64,000 bases of DNA, from NCBI GenBank assembly GCA_964604835.1, contig CAZSAJ010000001.1, positions 42,888 through 106,887 on the forward strand. The letters are read 5' to 3'. The notes beneath the pieces are model-generated. The model was not told the origin of the DNA, did no database searches, and saw nothing but the letters and a program-made list of their open reading frames with translations. Positions 8,471 through 19,547 of this stretch are shown here, piece by piece. The position numbers and the translations under genes are program-made. The stretch comes from an uncultured Acetatifactor sp. GTDB taxonomy: Bacteria > Bacillota > Clostridia > Lachnospirales > Lachnospiraceae. How positions within the stretch are numbered: the stretch's first letter is position 1; each line of letters opens with the position of its first letter.

Positions 8471-9658
8471 ATGATGAACAAGGAATTGATGGAGGCACTG
8501 GATATTCTGGAGAAGGAGAAGGAGATCAGCAAAGAGACGCTGTTTGAAGCCATCGAGAATTCGCTGCTCACGGCCTGCAAGAATCACTTTGGCAAGGCGG
8601 ACAATGTGAAAGTGGAGATCGATCGTGAGACCTGTGATTTTCTGGTGTATGCGGAGAAGGAGGTCGTGGAGTCCGCGGAGGATGTGACGGACGACTGTCT
8701 GCAGATCGCTCTGGAGGATGCGCAGGCGCTTTCGGCTAAGGCGCAGGTGGGCGACATGCTGCATGTGGAGATCAAGTCCAAGGAGTTCGGACGTATCGCC
8801 ACCCAGAATGCCAAGAACGTGATCCTGCAGAAGATTCGCGAGGAAGAGCGGAGTGTGATCTACAATCAATATTATGAAAAGGAAAAAGATGTGGTCACCG
8901 GTGTAGTGCAGCGCAACATCGGCAGAAATATCAGCATCAATCTGGGCAAGGCGGACGCCATGCTCACCGAGAGCGAGCAGGTAAAGGGCGAAGTGTTTAG
9001 GCCTACCGAGCGTATCAAGGTCTATATTCTGGAAGTGAAGAACACTTCCAAAGGTCCCCGCATCAATGTGAGCCGCACACATCCGGAGCTGGTAAAGCGG
9101 CTGTTCGAGTCCGAGGTGACCGAGATCAAGGACGGCACCGTCGAGATTATGAGCATTGCCCGCGAGGCGGGCAGCCGTACCAAGATTGCGGTCTGGAGCC
9201 ACAACCCCAACGTGGATGCGGTGGGTGCCTGCGTGGGCATGAACGGCGCCAGAGTAAACGCCATTGTGGAGGAGCTGCGGGGAGAGAAAATCGACATTGT
9301 TCCCTGGGACGAGAACCCGGGTAATTTCATTCAGAACGCTCTGGCTCCTGCGAAGGTCGTGGCGGTGTTTGCAGACCCCGACGAAAAGACGGCGAAAGTA
9401 GTGGTTCCCGATTATCAGCTCTCCCTCGCCATCGGCAAGGAGGGACAGAACGCAAGACTGGCCGCGAGACTGACCGGATACAAGATCGATATCAAGTCCG
9501 AGACGCAGGCCAAGGACGCACCGGGCTTCCGCTATGAAGATTACATGGACGACGAGTATGACGAGGAGTATGAGGAAGACTACGGCGAGGAATATGATGA
9601 CGGTTACGCCGAAGGCGAGTACGCGGAGGACGGATACGGAGAAGGCACGGAGGAATAA
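8471..9658 (+). CDS. nusA: Transcription termination factor NusA
   Basis: FGRIATQNAK, S1 domain, AREAGSRTKIAV, LSLAIGKEGQNARLAARLTG; acidic tail. Confidence 0.98.
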   Translation: MMNKELMEALDILEKEKEISKETLFEAIENSLLTACKNHFGKADNVKVEIDRETCDFLVYAEKEVVESAEDVTDDCLQIALEDAQALSAKAQVGDMLHVEIKSKEFGRIATQNAKNVILQKIREEERSVIYNQYYEKEKDVVTGVVQRNIGRNISINLGKADAMLTESEQVKGEVFRPTERIKVYILEVKNTSKGPRINVSRTHPELVKRLFESEVTEIKDGTVEIMSIAREAGSRTKIAVWSHNPNVDAVGACVGMNGARVNAIVEELRGEKIDIVPWDENPGNFIQNALAPAKVVAVFADPDEKTAKVVVPDYQLSLAIGKEGQNARLAARLTGYKIDIKSETQAKDAPGFRYEDYMDDEYDEEYEEDYGEEYDDGYAEGEYAEDGYGEGTEE

Positions 9659-9666
9659 TCGGTTCT

Positions 9667-9942
9667 ATGGCGAAGAAAATCCCTTTGAGACAGTGTGTCG
9701 GCTGTGGCGAGATGCGGAGCAAAAAGGAAATGCTGCGGGTGCTTAAGACGGCCGAGGACGATAGAATCTGTCTGGACATGACAGGCAAGAAGAACGGAAG
9801 AGGCGCATATGTTTGTAAGAGTAGAGAATGTCTGCAAAAAGCCAGAAAGAACAAGGGTCTGGAGCGCTCCTTCAAAATGAGTATTCCCAATGAAGTGTAC
9901 GACACTTTGGAAAAGGAGTTTGATGAGCTTGAAGCAGAATAA
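9667..9942 (+). CDS. ylxR: YlxR/RnpM family RNA-binding protein
   Basis: PLRQCVGC, GRGAYVC; conserved position after nusA. Confidence 0.93.
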   Translation: MAKKIPLRQCVGCGEMRSKKEMLRVLKTAEDDRICLDMTGKKNGRGAYVCKSRECLQKARKNKGLERSFKMSIPNEVYDTLEKEFDELEAE

Positions 9943-10234
9943 GGTCTTGGCGTTACTTGGACTTGCAATGAGAGGGCGAAATCTGGTGAGCGGTGAATTC
10001 CAGACGTTGGAAGCAGTGAAGAACGGTTCCGCCATGCTGGTGATCATTGCGGAGGACGCATCAGCGAACACCAGAAAGCTGTTTACGAATAAATGTAAGT
10101 TTTATGAAGTCCCGATTCGTGAGTTTGGCACGAAGGATGAGTTGGGCAGAGCGATCGGAAAGGATCTGCGCTCCTCTCTGGGCGTGTGTGACGCAGGACT
10201 GGCAGAAGAGATTGTCAAACGGTTAGAAACCTGA
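9923..10234 (+). CDS. ylxQ: L7Ae/L30e family RNA-binding protein (YlxQ)
   Basis: LLGLAMRGRNLVSGE, LVIIAEDASANT, ELGRAIGK; synteny. Confidence 0.9.
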   Translation: MSLKQNKVLALLGLAMRGRNLVSGEFQTLEAVKNGSAMLVIIAEDASANTRKLFTNKCKFYEVPIREFGTKDELGRAIGKDLRSSLGVCDAGLAEEIVKRLET

Positions 10235-10291
10235 TTTTAAAGATCTGATTTGTGGCCGCGGCTTGGGCGGCGACAGGAAATGGAGGAAAGC

Positions 10292-13200
10292 ATGGCGAAA
10301 ATCAAGGTACATGAGCTCGCAAAGGAAGTAGATAAGCAAAGTAAGGATATATTGAGTTTCCTGCAGGAGAAGGGGATAGAGGCTAAGGTTGCCCAGAGCT
10401 CCGTGGACGAGGAGGCTGCCGACATGGTGCGGAAAGCTTTCGGCAAAGCGGATAAGAACGAATCGGCACAGAGCGAAGGCAAAGAGGCGAAAGAGGCCCC
10501 CGGCGGAAGTGCCGCAAAATCTGCGAAAGCCGCTGCGGAGAGCCGTAAGAGCGATACGGCTAAAGCAGAGGAGACGGGAGACGCGCAAAGAGAGGCTGCG
10601 AAAAACGATGTAGCCAAAGCAGAGCCCGACAGGCAGACGGAGCCCAAGGCGGGTCAGAAGGGGGAGCAGCCCAAGAAGAAAAAGAGCAATATTATCTTTG
10701 TCAGCAACCCGCAGAATTCCAAGATGTCCGGCGGTCGTCCGGGAAGCGGTCAGCGTCCGGGCGGAAACGGAAGCGGCCAGCGCGCTCCGGGCGGTCAGGG
10801 CAGAAATCAGGGCGGTTACGGAAACGGCAGGGCGCAGGCGCCCGTGCGTCCTATCAAACCGCTGACGCCGCCTTCCCCGACGCCTTCCGTGCAGATGGTG
10901 AGCAGCAAGCCGCAGCCTGCAAAGCGTGCGGAGGAGAGTACAAGGAGACCGGCTCAGGAACCCGTTCAGGAGCATGTGGCTCAGAGCGGTATGCCGCAGG
11001 GCAATGCTTCCGCGGGAAACATCCCTCAGAGAGACCGCTTTCAGGGAGAGCGTACTCAAGGAGACCGTTCTCAAGGAGAACGTTCTCAGGGAGAACGTAT
11101 GCAGGGAGACAGAGGCGCACATGACGGCAGAAGGCCCGGCCAAGGCACAGGAGGCCAGAGACAGGGCGGACAGTATCAGAGTCGCGGAGGTGCTCAGAAT
11201 GGCAGACCGGGTGGAGCAGACAGACAGAGCGGATTTAATCGTCAGGGGCGTCCGGGCGGCGAGGGTGATCGCCGCAGCGCTGGGAACGGTGCAGGTCCTG
11301 GCCGCGGTTTTAACGGTGGCGGCCGCGATAATCGAGCAAACGCGGGGCAGGGAGCTCACAGAGGATTTGCGGGAGAGGCTCCGGCCAAGGATATGGAGAA
11401 AAAGCGCGATGACGATAAGAGACGCATGGGGCGCGAGAAGGACAACAAGCGCTCCCGCAAGGATCTTATCTATGAGGAGGAAGAAGCGCTGAAGAATAAG
11501 CCCGGCAGATTTATCAAGCCGGAGAAGAAGGAAGTGGTGGAGGAAGTCATCAAGGTGATCGTTCTCCCCGAAACCGTCACCATAAAGGAATTGGCGGAGA
11601 AGATGAAAATCCAGCCCGCCGCCATCGTCAAAAAGCTCTTTTTGGAGGGCAAGGTGGTGACGGTCAATCAGGAGATTTCCTATGAAGATGCGGAGAATAT
11701 TGCTATGGAGTACGATATTCTCTGTGAGCGGGAAGTCAAGGTGGATGTGATTGAGGAACTCCTGCGGGAGGAGGAAGAAGATGCAGATACTCTGGTGGAG
11801 AGACCGCCTGTGATCTGTGTTATGGGACACGTGGATCACGGTAAAACCTCCCTTCTGGACGCTATCCGCAAGACCAATGTGACGGACAAGGAAGCAGGTG
11901 GTATCACACAGCACATCGGTGCGTATACGGTATCTTTGGGAGAACGCAAGATTACGTTTCTGGATACGCCCGGACATGAGGCATTTACCGCGATGCGTAT
12001 GCGCGGAGCCAATTCCACGGATATCGCCATTTTGGTGGTGGCCGCGGATGACGGCGTGATGCCGCAGACTATTGAGGCTATCAGCCATGCCAAGGCGGCC
12101 GGGATCGAGATTATTGTCGCCGTCAATAAGGTTGACAAACCCTCCGCAAACGTGGAGCGTGTAAAACAGGAGCTGACGGAATATGAACTGATCGCCACGG
12201 ATTGGGGCGGCAATACCGAGTTTGTGCCGGTGTCGGCCAAATCCGGGCAGGGTATTGAGGACTTGTTGGAGACCATTCTGCTCACGGCGGATATTCTGGA
12301 GCTGAAGGCCAATCCCAACAGACAGGCCAGAGGACTTGTCATCGAGGCGGAGCTGGACAAGGGCCGGGGTCCCGTGGCTACCGTGCTTGTGCAGAAGGGT
12401 ACGCTTCATGTGGGAGATTTCATCTCCGCAGGGGCAAGTCACGGCAAAGTGCGTGCCATGGTGGATGACAAGGGCAGAAGAGTCAAAGAGGCGGGACCTT
12501 CCACACCTGTGGAGATTCTGGGACTGTCCGATGTGCCCAGCGCGGGCGAGGTGTTCATTGCCCATGAGAATGATAAGACGGCCAGATCCTTTGCAGAGAC
12601 CTATCTGGCACAGAACAAAGAGAAGATGCTGGAGGACACCAAGACCGGGATGTCTCTGGACGATCTGTTCTCCCAGATTCAGGAGGGCAATTTGAAGGAG
12701 CTGAACCTGATCGTCAAGGCGGATGTACAGGGAAGCGTGGAGGCGGTGAAGCAGTCTCTGTTAAAGCTCTCCAACGAAGAAGTTGTGGTGAAATGTATCC
12801 ACGGCGGCGTGGGTGCCATCAACGAGTCCGATGTGGTGCTGGCCAGCGCGTCCAATGCTATTATTATCGGCTTTAACGTGAGACCGGACGCCACGGCCAA
12901 GGCCACCGCGGAGCAGGAGGGCGTTGACGTACGTCTCTATAAAGTAATCTATCAGGCTATCGAGGATATTGAGGCCGCCATGAAGGGAATGCTTGATCCT
13001 GTCTATGAGGAGAAGGTGATTGGTCATGCGGAAGTGCGTCAGTTGTTCAAGGCTTCCCAGATCGGCAATATTGCGGGTTCCTATGTGTTGGACGGCGAGT
13101 TCCGCAGAGGATGTAAGATTCGTATTACCCGTGAGGGCGATCAGATTTTCGAGGGCAATCTGGCTTCCCTGAAGCGGTTTAAGGATGACGTGAAGGAGGT

Positions 13201-13300
13201 CAAAGCCGGATTCGAATGCGGTCTGGTGTTCGAGGGATTTGACCAGATGAAGGAACTGGATATCGTGGAGGCTTATGTGATGGTGGAGGTACCACGATAA
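10292..13300 (+). CDS. infB: Translation initiation factor IF-2
   Basis: [11 protein letters not shown]-terminus, [25 protein letters not shown]; SD GGAGG before ATG 10292. Confidence 0.98.
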   Translation: MAKIKVHELAKEVDKQSKDILSFLQEKGIEAKVAQSSVDEEAADMVRKAFGKADKNESAQSEGKEAKEAPGGSAAKSAKAAAESRKSDTAKAEETGDAQREAAKNDVAKAEPDRQTEPKAGQKGEQPKKKKSNIIFVSNPQNSKMSGGRPGSGQRPGGNGSGQRAPGGQGRNQGGYGNGRAQAPVRPIKPLTPPSPTPSVQMVSSKPQPAKRAEESTRRPAQEPVQEHVAQSGMPQGNASAGNIPQRDRFQGERTQGDRSQGERSQGERMQGDRGAHDGRRPGQGTGGQRQGGQYQSRGGAQNGRPGGADRQSGFNRQGRPGGEGDRRSAGNGAGPGRGFNGGGRDNRANAGQGAHRGFAGEAPAKDMEKKRDDDKRRMGREKDNKRSRKDLIYEEEEALKNKPGRFIKPEKKEVVEEVIKVIVLPETVTIKELAEKMKIQPAAIVKKLFLEGKVVTVNQEISYEDAENIAMEYDILCEREVKVDVIEELLREEEEDADTLVERPPVICVMGHVDHGKTSLLDAIRKTNVTDKEAGGITQHIGAYTVSLGERKITFLDTPGHEAFTAMRMRGANSTDIAILVVAADDGVMPQTIEAISHAKAAGIEIIVAVNKVDKPSANVERVKQELTEYELIATDWGGNTEFVPVSAKSGQGIEDLLETILLTADILELKANPNRQARGLVIEAELDKGRGPVATVLVQKGTLHVGDFISAGASHGKVRAMVDDKGRRVKEAGPSTPVEILGLSDVPSAGEVFIAHENDKTARSFAETYLAQNKEKMLEDTKTGMSLDDLFSQIQEGNLKELNLIVKADVQGSVEAVKQSLLKLSNEEVVVKCIHGGVGAINESDVVLASASNAIIIGFNVRPDATAKATAEQEGVDVRLYKVIYQAIEDIEAAMKGMLDPVYEEKVIGHAEVRQLFKASQIGNIAGSYVLDGEFRRGCKIRITREGDQIFEGNLASLKRFKDDVKEVKAGFECGLVFEGFDQMKELDIVEAYVMVEVPR
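11026..11115 (+). repeat. Six imperfect 15-bp tandem units within infB
   Basis: tcarggagamcgt-like units encoding QGER/QGDR pentapeptides. Confidence 0.75.
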
Positions 13301-13303
13301 GGA

Positions 13304-13388
13304 CGATGAGGAGTTACACTAAGACAGCAGAATACGCTGTCTTAGTGTAACTAGACTTCATCGGGAAGAATGCCGGAGGCATTCTTCC
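13304..13388. repeat. Double-hairpin REP-like element between infB and rbfA
   Basis: Perfect 17-bp inverted repeat AGTTACACTAAGACAGC/GCTGTCTTAGTGTAACT (13312-13352) and 11-bp inverted repeat GGAAGAATGCC/GGCATTCTTCC (13364-13388). Confidence 0.8.
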
Positions 13389-13542
13389 GTGCGGCGGCAG
13401 GTGCGATGGGATGTTGTTTTAGTATAACCGGACATTATTCGGGGAATGTGTGGGCATTTTTCGATGAGGCGGCAGATGCTATGGAAGGCTGTTTCAGAGT
13501 GACCGGACTTCATCTGGGAGTTTTTGAAAAGGAAATGAGAGA

Positions 13543-13950
13543 ATGAGAAAAAATAGTGTGAAAAATACCCGGGTAAACGGCGAGGTGCAGCGTGTGCTGG
13601 CCGAGATCATCCGGGGGGAGATCAAGGATCCCCGCATCAGTCCGCTTTGCAGTGTGGTGGCTGTGGAAGTTGCGCCGGATTTAAAGAGCTGTAAGGCGTG
13701 GATCAGCGTTCTCGGTGATGACGAGGCGCGGGCGGCGACGCTTGCGGGACTGCGGAGCGCGGAAGGCTTTATCAAGAGGCAGCTCGCCCGGACCATCAAT
13801 CTGCGCAATACCCCGGATATCACATTCGTCATGGATCAGTCCATCGAGTATGGGGTGAATATGTCCCACAGAATTGACGAGGTTGTGGGAAATATGGCGG
13901 ATCGGCCGGCAGACGGGGAGGACGAGCCTGTTTTAGACGGGGAAGAGTGA
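13543..13950 (+). CDS. rbfA: 30S ribosome-binding factor RbfA
   Basis: IKDPRI, VEVAPDLK, LRNTPDITFVMDQSIEYG. Confidence 0.96.
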   Translation: MRKNSVKNTRVNGEVQRVLAEIIRGEIKDPRISPLCSVVAVEVAPDLKSCKAWISVLGDDEARAATLAGLRSAEGFIKRQLARTINLRNTPDITFVMDQSIEYGVNMSHRIDEVVGNMADRPADGEDEPVLDGEE

Positions 13951-13957
13951 GGAAACT

Positions 13958-14917
13958 ATGAATTTATTACAGGAAGTGGGCGGCGCGAAGCGCATTGGCA
14001 TCAGCGGACATGTAAGGCCGGACGGAGACTGTGTGGGCGCCTGCCTGTCATTGTGGCAGTATCTTAAGAAAAAACTTCCGCAGGCACAAGTGAAGGTGTT
14101 TTTGCAGAAGCCGCCGAAGGTTTTTGCAAATCTCACAGGATGCGGCGAGATCGTGAGCGATTATCCCGAGGAGGAGGCCTTTGACGTTTTCTTTGCCTTG
14201 GATTGTAACGAGGAGCGGCTGGGAGATGCCGTGTCCTATTTTCAGAAGGCGGGGAAACGGATCAATATCGATCATCATGTGAGCAATCCCGGATGCGGGG
14301 ATGTGAATTATGTGTGTCCGCAGATCGGTTCCACCTGTGAGGTGCTCTATGATCTGATCGGGGAGGAAGAGCTGGACAAAAATCTGGCGGAGACGCTCTA
14401 TGTGGGCATGATCCACGATACGGGGGTGTTTCAATATGCCAATACGACCCCCGAGACGATGCGCAAGGGTGCGAAGCTCATCAGTTACGGTTTTGATTTT
14501 TCCAAACTGATCGAGGAGAGTTTTTATCAGAGAAGCTATATTCAGGCGCAGATCATGGGCAGGGCGCTGATGGAGAGCATCCGTTTTCTGGACGGGAGAT
14601 GCGTGGTGAGCGCGCTGAGCCGCAAGGTGCTGGATTTTTATCATGCGGGGCCGGAGGATTTGGACGGTATCGTGAACCAGCTTAGGAATATCCGGGGTAT
14701 CCATTGTGCGATTTTCATGTATGAGTCGGATGTGTTGGAATACAAGGTCAGTATGCGGTCCGACGAGCTGGTGGATGTGGCTAAGGTGGCGCTCTTTTTC
14801 GGAGGCGGCGGACATGTGCGCGCGGCGGGTTGTACCATGAAAGGGACGTTCCATGACTGCGTGAACAATCTGTCCCTGCATATCGAGAGGCAGTTGGAGG
14901 CTGCAGGCGATACCTAA
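13958..14917 (+). CDS. nrnA: DHH/DHHA1 oligoribonuclease / pAp phosphatase
   Basis: HVRPDGDCVG, NIDHH, DTGVF, GGGGHVRAAG. Confidence 0.9.
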   Translation: MNLLQEVGGAKRIGISGHVRPDGDCVGACLSLWQYLKKKLPQAQVKVFLQKPPKVFANLTGCGEIVSDYPEEEAFDVFFALDCNEERLGDAVSYFQKAGKRINIDHHVSNPGCGDVNYVCPQIGSTCEVLYDLIGEEELDKNLAETLYVGMIHDTGVFQYANTTPETMRKGAKLISYGFDFSKLIEESFYQRSYIQAQIMGRALMESIRFLDGRCVVSALSRKVLDFYHAGPEDLDGIVNQLRNIRGIHCAIFMYESDVLEYKVSMRSDELVDVAKVALFFGGGGHVRAAGCTMKGTFHDCVNNLSLHIERQLEAAGDT

Positions 14918-14934
14918 GACAGGCGGAGGTAAGA

Positions 14935-15834
14935 ATGTATAACGGAATCATAAACATCCATAAGGAGGCGGGATATACCTCCCACGATGTGGTGGCCAAA
15001 ATGCGGGGCATTCTGGGACAGAAGAAAATAGGGCACACCGGTACTCTGGATCCTCAGGCGACCGGTGTGCTTCCGGTTTGTCTGGGGAGCGGAACGAAGC
15101 TGTGCGATCTGCTGACGGACAGGGACAAGGAATATGTGGCGGAGCTTCTGCTGGGGATTTCGACGGATACGCAGGATGTCACCGGTACGGTTTTGTGGGA
15201 GCATCCCGTGGAATGTTCCGAGGAGCAGGTGCGCGATGCGATCCTTGGGTTTGTCGGGCCTTATGAGCAGATTCCGCCCATGTACTCGGCGGTGAAGGTG
15301 GACGGCAGGAGGCTTTATGAGCTGGCCCGCGCGGGCAAAGAGGTGGAGCGCAAGGCGCGGCCTGTGACGATCAGGGAACTGGAGATTCTGGAGATGGCTC
15401 TGCCGGTGGTGAAGATGCGTGTCGTCTGCTCCAAGGGAACCTATATTCGTACGCTCTGCGCCGATATCGGGGAGAAACTGGGCTGCGGGGGCGCCATGAA
15501 AAGTCTGGTGCGCACCCGGGTGGGACGCTTTGCCCTGAGCGAGGCGGTGACGCTTGCGAAGCTGGAAGTTCTGCGGGACGAAGGGCATGTCGCAGAGGTG
15601 CTGACGGCGGTGGACGAGATCTTTGCGGACTGTCCCGCGCTGCATGTGCGGGAGGAGTTTGAGCGCCTTCTGGCGAATGGCAACGCTCTCTATCCGGATC
15701 AGACTGACGAAGGGAAAGTGTATGAGCCCGATACGCAGGTGCGGATGTATTTTGCCGAGGGGGCCTTTGCGGGACTCTACAGCTATGATGAGGCACGCGG
15801 GCGTTATCAGCCGGTGAAAATGTTTTTGTCATAA
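14935..15834 (+). CDS. truB: tRNA pseudouridine(55) synthase
   Basis: GHTGTLDP, QIPPMYSAVKVDG, CSKGTYIRTL. Confidence 0.97.
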   Translation: MYNGIINIHKEAGYTSHDVVAKMRGILGQKKIGHTGTLDPQATGVLPVCLGSGTKLCDLLTDRDKEYVAELLLGISTDTQDVTGTVLWEHPVECSEEQVRDAILGFVGPYEQIPPMYSAVKVDGRRLYELARAGKEVERKARPVTIRELEILEMALPVVKMRVVCSKGTYIRTLCADIGEKLGCGGAMKSLVRTRVGRFALSEAVTLAKLEVLRDEGHVAEVLTAVDEIFADCPALHVREEFERLLANGNALYPDQTDEGKVYEPDTQVRMYFAEGAFAGLYSYDEARGRYQPVKMFLS

Positions 15835-15911
15835 TTCAGAATGATAATTTTTTAATAAGGAAGAAAGACTTAAATTGTTTGTGCCGCCACAGCGGCGGAT
15901 AGAGAGGGAAC

Positions 15912-16850
15912 ATGGAAGTCATTCAGGGAACAACGGATTTTCAACTGCATGATAAGACCGCGGTGGCGCTGGGGAAGTTTGACGGCGTCCACATCGGCCA
16001 CCGCAGGCTGTTTAAAGAAGTGCTTGGGCAGCGCAGCAAGGGACTGCGCTCTTGTGTCTTTACCTTTCACCCTTCGCCGGCGGTGTTGTTCGGACGCTCC
16101 GACGGGAGGGTGTTGTCCACCGCGGCGGAGAAGAGACAAATCTTTGAGCGCATGGGCGTGGAGATTCTGATAGAATTTCCCCTGACCGTAGAGACCGCGG
16201 ATATTGCGCCGGAGGACTTTGTGCGGGATTTCCTGTATGAGAGGATGCGGGCGCGCTATATTGCGGCGGGGGAGGATGTGTCCTTCGGCAGAAAAGGGGC
16301 GGGCAATGCCAGTATGCTGAAGCGGCTGGGACAGGAACTGGATCTGGAGGTGAACTTGATCGAAAAGGTCTGCGCGGAGGGGGACGAGGTGAGTTCCAGC
16401 CGTATCCGGGCATGTGTGGAAGCGGGGGAGTTAGAGCGTGCGGGCAGGCTTTTGGGAGAGCCTTATACGATGGCCGGCAGAGTGGTGACGGGCAATCGGA
16501 TCGGAAGGACGCTTGGGTTTCCCACGGTAAATCTCCTGCCGGATCCGAACAAGATTCTGCCGCCGTCCGGAGTCTATTATTCCCGGGTGCGCTGTGGGAG
16601 CGAGTGTTTTCGGGCGATCAGCAATGTGGGCTGCAAACCCACTGTCTCGGCGGAGCGGATCATGGGAGTGGAGTCTTATCTGTATGATTTTGACCGGGAG
16701 ATCTACGGCGAGGAGATCGAGGTGGCGCTGTGTTCTTTCAGGAGAGCGGAGCAAAAGTTTCAGGATGTGGAAGCCCTGCGGGAACAGCTTCGGGCCGACA
16801 TTGAGGCGGGAAGACTGTATCATCTGCAAAATATTGGTAAAAATGTGTAA
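15912..16850 (+). CDS. ribF: Riboflavin kinase / FAD synthetase
   Basis: GKFDGVHIGH, VSSSRIR, GRTLGFPTVN. Confidence 0.96.
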   Translation: MEVIQGTTDFQLHDKTAVALGKFDGVHIGHRRLFKEVLGQRSKGLRSCVFTFHPSPAVLFGRSDGRVLSTAAEKRQIFERMGVEILIEFPLTVETADIAPEDFVRDFLYERMRARYIAAGEDVSFGRKGAGNASMLKRLGQELDLEVNLIEKVCAEGDEVSSSRIRACVEAGELERAGRLLGEPYTMAGRVVTGNRIGRTLGFPTVNLLPDPNKILPPSGVYYSRVRCGSECFRAISNVGCKPTVSAERIMGVESYLYDFDREIYGEEIEVALCSFRRAEQKFQDVEALREQLRADIEAGRLYHLQNIGKNV

Positions 16851-17057
16851 AGATAGCAGAGAAGGTTCTGCGATAATTTGTAAAGTTTTCCATTGTAACT
16901 TTCCTGTTTTTCCCGTAAAATAAAATCGGAGTAATTTTGGAAGACATAGAATGATCTAAAAAGACAGGGAAGCGATAACAAAAGAGCGGTTTGCGCAATA
17001 TGCTTGCTCGTTATGGAAGGCAGTATCGCAGGCGATGCGATATGCGAGGGAATGCAG

Positions 17058-18719
17058 ATGAATGCAGAGAAACTGATGAGTATGATTTTGTCGATGGCGG
17101 GCGGTCTGGGGCTTTTTCTATTCGGTATGAGCCTCATGAGCGAATCCATCGAGAAGGTGGCAGGCGCAAAGCTTCGCCGCATTTTAGAGATTTTTACCAC
17201 CAATCGCTTTATGGGAATGTTTATCGGTATTGTTTTTACCGGAATTATCCAGTCATCTTCGGCTTGTACCGCCATGGTGGTCAGCTTCGTAAACGCGGGG
17301 CTGATGAACCTGTATCAGGCGGCGGGCGTCATCTTTGGTGCCAACATCGGTACCACAATCACCTCACAACTGGTATCTTTCAATCTCTCCGAGGTAGCTC
17401 CGGTGATTTTGCTGCTTGGGGTGTTGACGGCCATGTTCTGCGGCAGGCAGAATGTGAAGCAGGCGGCGGGGATCGTCATCGGCTTCGGCATCCTGTTTCT
17501 GGGGCTGAATTCGATGTCGGGAGCCATGGCGGACATGAGAAATGTGCCGGAGGTGGTGGCGTTTCTGGGATCGCTCACAAGCCCCCTTCTGGCGACGCTC
17601 ACAGGCGTGGTGCTCACCTCTGTGATTCAGAGTTCTTCGGTCACGGTCAGCATTGTGCTGTTGATGGCCAATCAGGATCTGCTCTCGCTGCCCATCTGTC
17701 TCTATATTATATTGGGCTGTAATATCGGCGCCTGTACCACGGCCCTTCTGGCGTCCCTCTCCGGCAAAAAAGATGCAAAGCGCGCGGCTTTGATTCATTT
17801 CTGGTTCAATGTGATCGGAACGGTGTTGATCTATGTGATTCTGGCGGTGGCAATGGATCCTGTCATCGACATGATTCGGATCATTTCTCCCGACAATGGC
17901 CGGTTTGTGGCAAATGCCCATACGATTATCAAGATCTTTCAGGTGATTGTGCTCTTCCCGTTCTCGGGTCTGATCGTCCGTCTGGCCAGCCGTTGTGTGC
18001 CCGGGGAGGACAAAAAGGTCAATTACCGCGAGAGTTATCAGCTCAAATATATCGGCAACAAGGTGGTGTTCAATCCGGCTACCGCCGTGGTGGGCGTCAT
18101 CCGGGAGCTGGAGCGCATGGCGGATCTGGCCAACGAGAACTTAAACCGCGCCATGAATGCGCTGATTACTTTGGATCAAGAGGATATTGAGGAAGTGTAT
18201 GAGGTGGAGAAGAATATCAATTTCCTGAACCACGCCATCACGGACTATCTGGTTAAGATCAATCAGACGACTTTGCCCATCGAGGACTTGAAGAGTCTGG
18301 GCGCTCTGTTCCATGTGGTGAACGATATCGAGCGCATCGGCGATCATGCGGAGAATGTGGCCGATGCGGCGAGACAGCGGCAGGAGACCGGCGTGAGTAT
18401 CAGCAAGGAGGCCCAGCGGGAGCTGGGGGAGATGCTGGACATGGTCAACAAGATCATCCAGTATTCCATCGCCATGTTTGCTCACAGTGACGACAGCAAG
18501 ATGTCGGAGGTCATTGAGCTGGAGGACAGAGTGGACGAGAAGGAGCGGGAGCTGCAGAGAAAGCATGTGGAGCGTCTGACGCGCGGAGAGTGTACGCCGG
18601 AGGCGGGGATGATCTTCTCCGATATCGTGTCCGGTCTGGAGCGCGTGTCCGACCATGCCACGAATATTGCCTTTGCCATTATTGCGGCAGAGAAAGAAGA
18701 GGAAATGGCGGTGGAATAA
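17058..18719 (+). CDS. Na+/Pi cotransporter family protein with PhoU domains
   Basis: GGLGLFLFGM, two QSSS motifs, GANIGTT and GCNIG, ERIGDHAEN; start uncertain (17052 or 17058). Confidence 0.92.
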   Translation: MNAEKLMSMILSMAGGLGLFLFGMSLMSESIEKVAGAKLRRILEIFTTNRFMGMFIGIVFTGIIQSSSACTAMVVSFVNAGLMNLYQAAGVIFGANIGTTITSQLVSFNLSEVAPVILLLGVLTAMFCGRQNVKQAAGIVIGFGILFLGLNSMSGAMADMRNVPEVVAFLGSLTSPLLATLTGVVLTSVIQSSSVTVSIVLLMANQDLLSLPICLYIILGCNIGACTTALLASLSGKKDAKRAALIHFWFNVIGTVLIYVILAVAMDPVIDMIRIISPDNGRFVANAHTIIKIFQVIVLFPFSGLIVRLASRCVPGEDKKVNYRESYQLKYIGNKVVFNPATAVVGVIRELERMADLANENLNRAMNALITLDQEDIEEVYEVEKNINFLNHAITDYLVKINQTTLPIEDLKSLGALFHVVNDIERIGDHAENVADAARQRQETGVSISKEAQRELGEMLDMVNKIIQYSIAMFAHSDDSKMSEVIELEDRVDEKERELQRKHVERLTRGECTPEAGMIFSDIVSGLERVSDHATNIAFAIIAAEKEEEMAVE

Positions 18720-18722
18720 ATC

Positions 18723-19439
18723 ATGTCGGAGATATTTTCCAGAACCCGGCTGTTGATCGGAGAGGAGGCTCTAAAACGTCTGCGGGAATCCACGGTGGCC
18801 ATATTCGGTGTGGGCGGCGTGGGCGGCTATGTGGCGGAAGCTCTGGTCAGAAGCGGTGTGGGCGGTTTTGATCTGATAGACAATGATACGGTCAGCGTGA
18901 GCAATCTCAACAGACAGATTATCGCCACCGGTCAGACCGTCGGCCGGTACAAGACGGATGTGATGCGGGAGCGCATTCTCTCCATTAATCCCGAGGCGCG
19001 GGTGGAGGTGCATAAATGTTTTTATCTGCCGGAGACTTCTGCGGCGTTTGATTTTTCACGATACTCCTATGTGGTGGACGCGGTGGATACCGTCACCGCG
19101 AAGATCGACATTGTGCTGCGGGCGCAGGCCGCGGGGGTGCCGGTCATCAGCTCCATGGGAGCGGGGAACAAGCTGGACCCCACCCGGTTTCAGGTGGCGG
19201 ATCTCTACGAGACCAGCGTCTGCCCGCTGGCGAAGGTGATGCGCCGTGAGCTGAAGAAACGGGGTGTGGAGCGGCTCAAGGTGGTGTATTCCACGGAGGA
19301 GCCCATCCGGCCTAAGGGGCAGGATTCCGCGGAGCGCGTACCCGGAAGTATCGCCTTTGTGCCGTCTGTGGCGGGGCTGATCGCGGCGGGGGAGGTGATA
19401 AAGGATCTGGCGGGAATCCGAGGGGAGTCACGGACGTAA
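18723..19439 (+). CDS. tcdA: tRNA threonylcarbamoyladenosine dehydratase (ThiF family)
   Basis: GVGGVGG, SNLNRQ, SSMGAGNKLDP, CPLAKVMR, VVYSTE. Confidence 0.9.
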   Translation: MSEIFSRTRLLIGEEALKRLRESTVAIFGVGGVGGYVAEALVRSGVGGFDLIDNDTVSVSNLNRQIIATGQTVGRYKTDVMRERILSINPEARVEVHKCFYLPETSAAFDFSRYSYVVDAVDTVTAKIDIVLRAQAAGVPVISSMGAGNKLDPTRFQVADLYETSVCPLAKVMRRELKKRGVERLKVVYSTEEPIRPKGQDSAERVPGSIAFVPSVAGLIAAGEVIKDLAGIRGESRT

Positions 19440-19547
19440 TTTTGTTCAAAATGGGAAGATGTTAAATGATAAACGGGAAATTCTTAAGAAATCATAAGAA
19501 TTTCCTCTTTTTTTTACTATATATTTAAGAATTTATGTGAAAAATAG

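Noticed and set aside
10223-12565. 780-aa antisense ORF, and similar long reverse ORFs over kdgK, rarA, glyA and the epimerase-GH26 gene
   Set aside because: Shadow frames of conserved genes caused by GC-biased codon usage; no SD or family motifs.
16844-16920. Pho-box-like TGTAAA repeats upstream of the Na/Pi transporter
   Set aside because: Spacing is irregular (33, 15, 20 bp) rather than an 11-bp period, and the first copy lies in ribF.
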